From the NCBI GenBank assembly GCA_947626595.1, contig CANQST010000003.1, positions 8,396-72,395 on the forward strand: a DNA stretch of 64,000 nt. The letters are read 5' to 3'. The notes below the pieces were generated by a model that saw only the letters and a program-made list of their open reading frames with translations, made no database searches and was not told where the DNA came from. The DNA comes from an uncultured Bacilli bacterium. Lineage in GTDB: Bacteria > Bacillota_I > Bacilli_A > RF39 > UBA660. Positions 59,452 to 64,000 of the stretch are shown piece after piece (positions within the stretch are counted from its first letter, which is position 1; the number at the start of each line of letters is the position of its first letter). The position numbers were made by a program, and so were the translations under genes.

Positions 59452-60900
59452 ATGAAAAAATATGTAATTGGTTTTATTATTGGAATATTATTAACAGGAA
59501 CTATAACTTACGCAGTAGGTTCAGTAATAGAAAGTAAAAGTGTTTTATATAATAGAACTATAAGTGGAGGAAGTTCAGATAATGTACAAGGATCAATAGA
59601 CGAGTTATATAAAATGAGTGGAGTAAGTACAACTCCATATAAGGAAGAAATTTTAAACGGAGCGGACCCAGTATTGGGTGATGGAATGATACCAGTAACT
59701 TTAGATAAAAAAGGAAAAGTAAAGTATGCAAATCTAAATACACAGTGGTATTGTTATGAAGAAAAGAAATGGGCCAATGCAGTAATACTTAAACAAAGTC
59801 CAAGCAAAAGTTATAAAACAGGAGATATAATCTCAGAAGACGATATTGAGAGTTATTTTGTATGGGTTCCAAGATTTAAATATAAAGTATGGAACACATC
59901 AAGTGCTGATGGTTACCAGCAAAATTTAGCTAATACGCAAAATTCAGCAAATTCTATTTGGCATATTACTGGTTCAGCACGATTAATAGATGTAGAATTT
60001 GAAGATAAGAGTGCAACGGCTTCAAGTGGTACTTACTTGACCCATCCTGCATTTACTACCTTTGGAGTAAGTGGTTTGTGGTTTGCTAAGTTTGAAACGA
60101 GTGGAACCACAGGCGCAATAACAGTAAAACCAAATGTTACTTCTTTAAGAGGTACAACAGTTGGTGATTTTTGGCATGCCTTCTATAATTATAGAAATGT
60201 TAATGGTGAACATAATCCTAATTTAGATCCACATATGATAAAAAATACTGAATGGGGTGCAGCTGCATACTTATCTCATTCAGCATATGGAATAGGAACT
60301 GAAATAAATATAAATAATAATCAAAATTATTTGACAGGTTATTCAGCTGCGGCAAATACAGACCAAAGTTCTTATACTGGAACATATGGAACTAAAACAG
60401 TTACCGATAATGATGGACCAGCAGTGACAAAACCCTATAATACACCAATTGGCTATTTAGCATCAACAACAGGAAATATCACAGGAATATATGATATGTC
60501 AGGTGGAGCACATGAGTATGTTGCTGGTTACTTAGATCCTTATGGTGTTACTAGTAGTGGTGGCGTTGCAAGTGGTTTGAAAGTTACTGATTTAGCTAAA
60601 GAACAATACTTTGATAAATATTCAGGAGCTACAACTGGGTCGTCTTACAGTAAAAGAATTTTAGGAGATGCAACAGGCGAACTCGGCCCTTTCTATTACT
60701 ACATGGAGAAGAATGGCTCTAATTATTCTCACAATGGTTGGTACGCTGATGGTTCGGACTTTGTAGAGCCCAGGTACTCGTGGTTCGGCCGAGGCGGTCC
60801 ATACGATGATGGCGTCTTGGCAGGTCAGTTTCACTTCCATAGGTTTACCGGAGAGGCCTTTGGTTATCTTGGTTCACGTTTGGTTTTAGCAGTCAAGTAA
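59452..60900 (+). CDS. paralog C: signal-anchored FGE-sulfatase-like domain protein
   Basis: MKKYVIGFIIGILLTG TM anchor. NTEWGAAAYLSHSAYG, GIYDMSGGAHEYVAGY and a terminal GSRLVLAVK. GGTGA SD before the ATG at 59452. Confidence 0.85.
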   Translation: MKKYVIGFIIGILLTGTITYAVGSVIESKSVLYNRTISGGSSDNVQGSIDELYKMSGVSTTPYKEEILNGADPVLGDGMIPVTLDKKGKVKYANLNTQWYCYEEKKWANAVILKQSPSKSYKTGDIISEDDIESYFVWVPRFKYKVWNTSSADGYQQNLANTQNSANSIWHITGSARLIDVEFEDKSATASSGTYLTHPAFTTFGVSGLWFAKFETSGTTGAITVKPNVTSLRGTTVGDFWHAFYNYRNVNGEHNPNLDPHMIKNTEWGAAAYLSHSAYGIGTEININNNQNYLTGYSAAANTDQSSYTGTYGTKTVTDNDGPAVTKPYNTPIGYLASTTGNITGIYDMSGGAHEYVAGYLDPYGVTSSGGVASGLKVTDLAKEQYFDKYSGATTGSSYSKRILGDATGELGPFYYYMEKNGSNYSHNGWYADGSDFVEPRYSWFGRGGPYDDGVLAGQFHFHRFTGEAFGYLGSRLVLAVK

Positions 60901-60946
60901 TAATAGTATTAAATAAAGCCTAGAGGACTTGCTTGTTCTCTAGGCT

Positions 60947-61333
60947 TTATCTATTTTTCATAATATATTTTCTATTATTCTTAATAAAATCCATTATGCT
61001 TTTTAACTCCTCATTTGATAAATTTTCTTCTTTGCTCATATAACCATTTTCTACTAATGTATCTTTTAACACTTGCTTTATATTTAATTGCTTTTCATTC
61101 TTATTTGATTTAGTCTCTCTACCAAGTAGAAAGTCAGTAGAAACATTTAAAAAGTCAGCAATCCTAACAAGCGTTTCAAAATCAGGCCTTGTTATATTTT
61201 GACACCATCTATTAACTGCTTGTTGAGTTAAATTTAAATGTTTTGCTAATTCGATTTGTTTAATCTCACCACTATCAAGTGCAAATTTTAATCGTTCACT
61301 AAACATTACAATCACCTCTAACTTGCTTAACAT
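60947..61333 (-). CDS. XRE/SinR-like HTH regulator; divergent from paralog D
   Basis: QIELAKHLNLTQQAVNRWC HTH. C-terminal domain homologous to 58962-59315. Confidence 0.8.
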   Translation of the reverse strand: MLSKLEVIVMFSERLKFALDSGEIKQIELAKHLNLTQQAVNRWCQNITRPDFETLVRIADFLNVSTDFLLGRETKSNKNEKQLNIKQVLKDTLVENGYMSKEENLSNEELKSIMDFIKNNRKYIMKNR

Positions 61334-61389
61334 TATACAACTATTTGTTTATATTCTTTATAAAGTTAATCTAAAATGTTATTTTAAAA

Positions 61390-61418
61390 TTGACATAAAC
61401 AGTTTGTTGTTTTATAAT
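61390..61418 (+). promoter_or_regulatory. consensus sigma-A promoter TTGACA-17-TATAAT facing paralog D
   Basis: ttgacataaacagtttgttgttttataat. The -35 region is homologous to the promoter at 63109. Confidence 0.55.
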
Positions 61419-61580
61419 TAAATTATAAAATAAAAAAGATAATCAAGCGTAAGATGGTAAATAGAACTTGATTATCTAACTATTTTCCAAAAAGAAATTG
61501 TAAATATTTTTACATAGTTTTCTTTTTGGAATAAAACTATTTTATAATAAATAGCTAAAAAAGTAAAGTTGGTGATACTA

Positions 61581-63050
61581 ATGAAAAAATATATAATTGG
61601 TTTTATTATTGGAATATTATTAACAGGAACTATAACTTACGCAGTAGGTTCAGTAATAGAAAGTAAAAGTGTTTTATATAATAGAACTATAAGTGGAGGA
61701 AGTTCAGATAATGTACAAGGATCAATAGACGAGTTATATAAAATGAGTGGAGTAAGTACTATTCCATATAAGGAAGAAATTTTAAATGGAGCAGACCCAG
61801 TATTGGGTGATGGAATGATACCAGTAAGTTTAGATAAAAAAGGAAAAGTAAAATATGCAAATTTAAACACAGAATGGTATTGTTATGAAGAAAAGAAATG
61901 GGCCAATGCAGTAATACTTAAGAGTAATCCAAGCAAAAGTTATAAAACAGGAGATATAATATCAGAAGACGATATTGAGAGTTATTTTGTATGGGTTCCA
62001 AGATTTAAATACAAACTCTGGAACTTAGCTACTGAAGATGGTTATCTAGATTTAAGTCAATCAGAAAATCTTAGTGTTGAAACAGTTAGAGAAACATATG
62101 GAAAAGCAAAATTGATAGATATAGTGTTTGAGGATAAAGATATACAGCCATCAACTACTGAAAAAGTTGACTTATATTATACCCATCCAGCCTTTACCAC
62201 TTTTGGAGTAAGTGGTTTATGGATAGGAAAATTCGAAATAGGTGGAGATGCAAGTAATGCAGTAGTAAAACCAAATATGTCGTCTTGGAGAAATGCTAGT
62301 GTTGGAATATTTTGGAAAAACCTATATAATTATAAAAACAATGGTGGCTCTCATAATACTAATTTAGATCCTCATATGATAAAGAATACAGAGTGGAGAG
62401 CAGTTGCATATTTATCTCATTCAGCATATGGAATAGGAAAGGAAATAAATATAAATAATAGTCAAAGTCATTTAACTGGATATTCAGCGGCTGCAAATAC
62501 AGATCAAAGTTCTTATGAGGGAACTTATGGAACTAAAGAAGTTAATGATAATGATGGACCAGCTGTAACACAACCATATAATACCTCAACTGGTTATCTA
62601 GCATCAACAACAGGAAACATAACAGGAATATATGATATGTCAGGTGGCGCAATTGAATATGTTTCAGGTTATCTTGACCTTTATGGTGTTAAAAGTGGTG
62701 GAGGTGTTGCAAGCGGACTAACTCAAGAAGAACTAGATAACTATTCTAAATATTTTGATAAATATTTAGGTGATAAAGATACACAATTGTCTTCTTATAG
62801 TAAAAGAATACTTGGTGATGCAATAGGAGAAATGGGTCCTTTCTACTATTATAAAGATAAAGATGGATATGTTCGTAGTCACAATGGTTGGTACGCTGAT
62901 AGTTCGTCATTTGTAAATTCCACCTATCCATGGTTTATTCGAAGTGGTAATTATAACTATGGTATTTTGGTAGGTCAGTTTAATTTCGATAGAGATACTG
63001 GAGGTGCACTTAGCTATATTAGTTCCCGCTTAGTTCTTGCAGTAAAATAA
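61581..63050 (+). CDS. paralog D: signal-anchored FGE-sulfatase-like domain protein
   Basis: About 75% identical to paralog C at the N-terminus and over the FGE motifs (NTEWRAVAYLSHSAYG, GIYDMSGGAIEYVSGY). Confidence 0.85.
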   Translation: MKKYIIGFIIGILLTGTITYAVGSVIESKSVLYNRTISGGSSDNVQGSIDELYKMSGVSTIPYKEEILNGADPVLGDGMIPVSLDKKGKVKYANLNTEWYCYEEKKWANAVILKSNPSKSYKTGDIISEDDIESYFVWVPRFKYKLWNLATEDGYLDLSQSENLSVETVRETYGKAKLIDIVFEDKDIQPSTTEKVDLYYTHPAFTTFGVSGLWIGKFEIGGDASNAVVKPNMSSWRNASVGIFWKNLYNYKNNGGSHNTNLDPHMIKNTEWRAVAYLSHSAYGIGKEININNSQSHLTGYSAAANTDQSSYEGTYGTKEVNDNDGPAVTQPYNTSTGYLASTTGNITGIYDMSGGAIEYVSGYLDLYGVKSGGGVASGLTQEELDNYSKYFDKYLGDKDTQLSSYSKRILGDAIGEMGPFYYYKDKDGYVRSHNGWYADSSSFVNSTYPWFIRSGNYNYGILVGQFNFDRDTGGALSYISSRLVLAVK

Positions 63051-63108
63051 AACAATAAATTTTGATATATTTGTGCATAAAAAGTTGAAAAACTTTTTTT
63101 CTTTCCAC

Positions 63109-63139
63109 TTGACATAACCCTAGGGGGGGGGGGTATACT
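63109..63139 (+). promoter_or_regulatory. promoter TTGACA-(19 nt containing G11)-TATACT upstream of paralog E; candidate phase-variable promoter
   Basis: cttgacataaccctagggggggggggtatact. The G11 homopolymer at 63123-63133 sits in the spacer. The spacer is 19 nt as assembled and would be 17 nt with two fewer G. Confidence 0.55.
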
Positions 63140-63174
63140 ATACTTATAAAAAAATAAAAAGCTGTGGAAAGAAA

Positions 63175-64000
63175 GTGAAAAGAATAGTGAAGAAATCAAA
63201 AATAGATAGAAAACTATTATTAGGAATTATTCTAGGAATAATGATTTCTACTGTTTTAACATGCACTTTTGTTTATGCAGTAGGTTCAGTAATAGAAAGT
63301 AAAAGTGTTTTGTATAATAGAACTATAAGTGGAGGTAGTTCAGATAATGTACAAGGTTCAATAGACGAACTATATAAAATGAGTGGAGTAAGTACAACTC
63401 TATATAAAGAAGAAATTTTAAACGGAGCAGACCCAGTATTAGGAAAAGACATGATACCAGTAACCTTAGATGGAGATGGAACAGTTAAGTATGCTAATTT
63501 AAATACACCTTGGTATAAATATGCAGAGAAAAGATGGGCCAATGCAGTAATTTTAGTAGGCAATCCAAGTAAAAACTATAAAACAGGAGATATTATTTTA
63601 GAAAAGGATATAGAAAGTTATTTTGTTTGGGTTCCAAGATTTAAATATAAAATATGGGACTTAGGAAATTATACATCTGCTTATTCTTTATCACAATTAA
63701 AAGATAATGCAGATAAAACAGAAACTAATTTGGATGCGTTTAGACATATTACTAGTAATGCAAGAATAATAGATATAGTATTTGAAAATAAAAACACTAC
63801 TCCATCGACTACAGTAGCATTAAATTCGTATTATACCCATCCAGCTTTTATAGCTTTTGATGTGAATGGTTTATGGATTGGAAAATTTGAAACAGGTTAT
63901 AATCAAGGAATTGTTGGTAAGCCAATAGAAGACACTTTAAGCTGGACACCTCAAAGTGCTCAGCAAAATATCATTTCTAGTGATCATATTATAGTGAAGC
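63175..64000 (+). CDS. paralog E of the FGE-like family (3'-truncated by the window end; GTG start)
   Basis: The frame reads VKRIVKKSKIDRKLLLGIILGIMISTVLTCTFVYAVGSVIESKSVLYNRTISGGSSDNVQGSIDELYKMSGV..., colinear with C and D. Open to base 64000. Confidence 0.75.
   Translation, partial: MKRIVKKSKIDRKLLLGIILGIMISTVLTCTFVYAVGSVIESKSVLYNRTISGGSSDNVQGSIDELYKMSGVSTTLYKEEILNGADPVLGKDMIPVTLDGDGTVKYANLNTPWYKYAEKRWANAVILVGNPSKNYKTGDIILEKDIESYFVWVPRFKYKIWDLGNYTSAYSLSQLKDNADKTETNLDAFRHITSNARIIDIVFENKNTTPSTTVALNSYYTHPAFIAFDVNGLWIGKFETGYNQGIVGKPIEDTLSWTPQSAQQNIISSDHIIVK

Noticed and set aside
63273-63563. Minus-strand 96-aa ORF at the right end
   Set aside because: It is antisense to paralog E, whose plus-strand frame is colinear with paralogs C and D. 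A similar spurious antisense ORF (61637-61870) lies in paralog D.

Overview
This is a very AT-rich, low-GC chromosomal segment that looks Firmicutes-like. The S12 protein carries the Gram-positive insertion, and the window also holds FemAB, MurD, YlxM and a CotD-like gene. Standard genetic code fits: TGA is a stop in every conserved gene. The window has four parts. (1) Positions 1-11.4 kb are an accessory island with no transposase. It holds a small serine recombinase with an inverted-repeat-rich site upstream, a SprT-like metalloprotease, a frameshifted KilA-N gene and a GNAT. It also holds a two-gene cassette present twice in direct orientation, at 519-2721 and 7795-9513. The cassette is a 216-aa protein with a PD-(D/E)xK-like motif plus a ~347-aa miniature DnaE-like protein whose catalytic Asp motif is degenerate. 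(2) At 11513-21049 lies a 3178-aa surface protein. It combines a cohesin-like domain, two TM segments, a dockerin-like module, about ten Ig-like repeats, a GLUG region and an M26-type HExxH metalloprotease domain. (3) The str operon (rpsL-rpsG-fusA-tuf) is followed by a 425-bp palindrome-rich spacer with a (TA)11 tract, then two tandem paralogs of a secreted protein family with a TasA/camelysin-like N-terminus and an FGE-sulfatase-like C-terminus. The first paralog is interrupted by a single in-frame TAA. (4) Housekeeping genes follow: a CDF transporter, femAB-like, murD, eno, a DUF4143 AAA ATPase, gpmI, mscL, dus, RDD, lysS, a membrane protein, a NAGPA-family gene, GNAT, SGNH, rnj, a Clp-like AAA, ftsY, ylxM, ffh and rpoZ. 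A two-gene insertion (a secreted protein plus a HerA/FtsK-like ATPase with an acidic tail) sits between ylxM and ffh. The right end (58.9-64 kb) is a tandem array of modules, each a divergent XRE/SinR-like regulator plus a signal-anchored FGE-sulfatase-like protein. Their promoter regions are homologous, and one carries a G11 homopolymer in the -35/-10 spacer, which suggests phase variation. I found no rRNA, tRNA or CRISPR.
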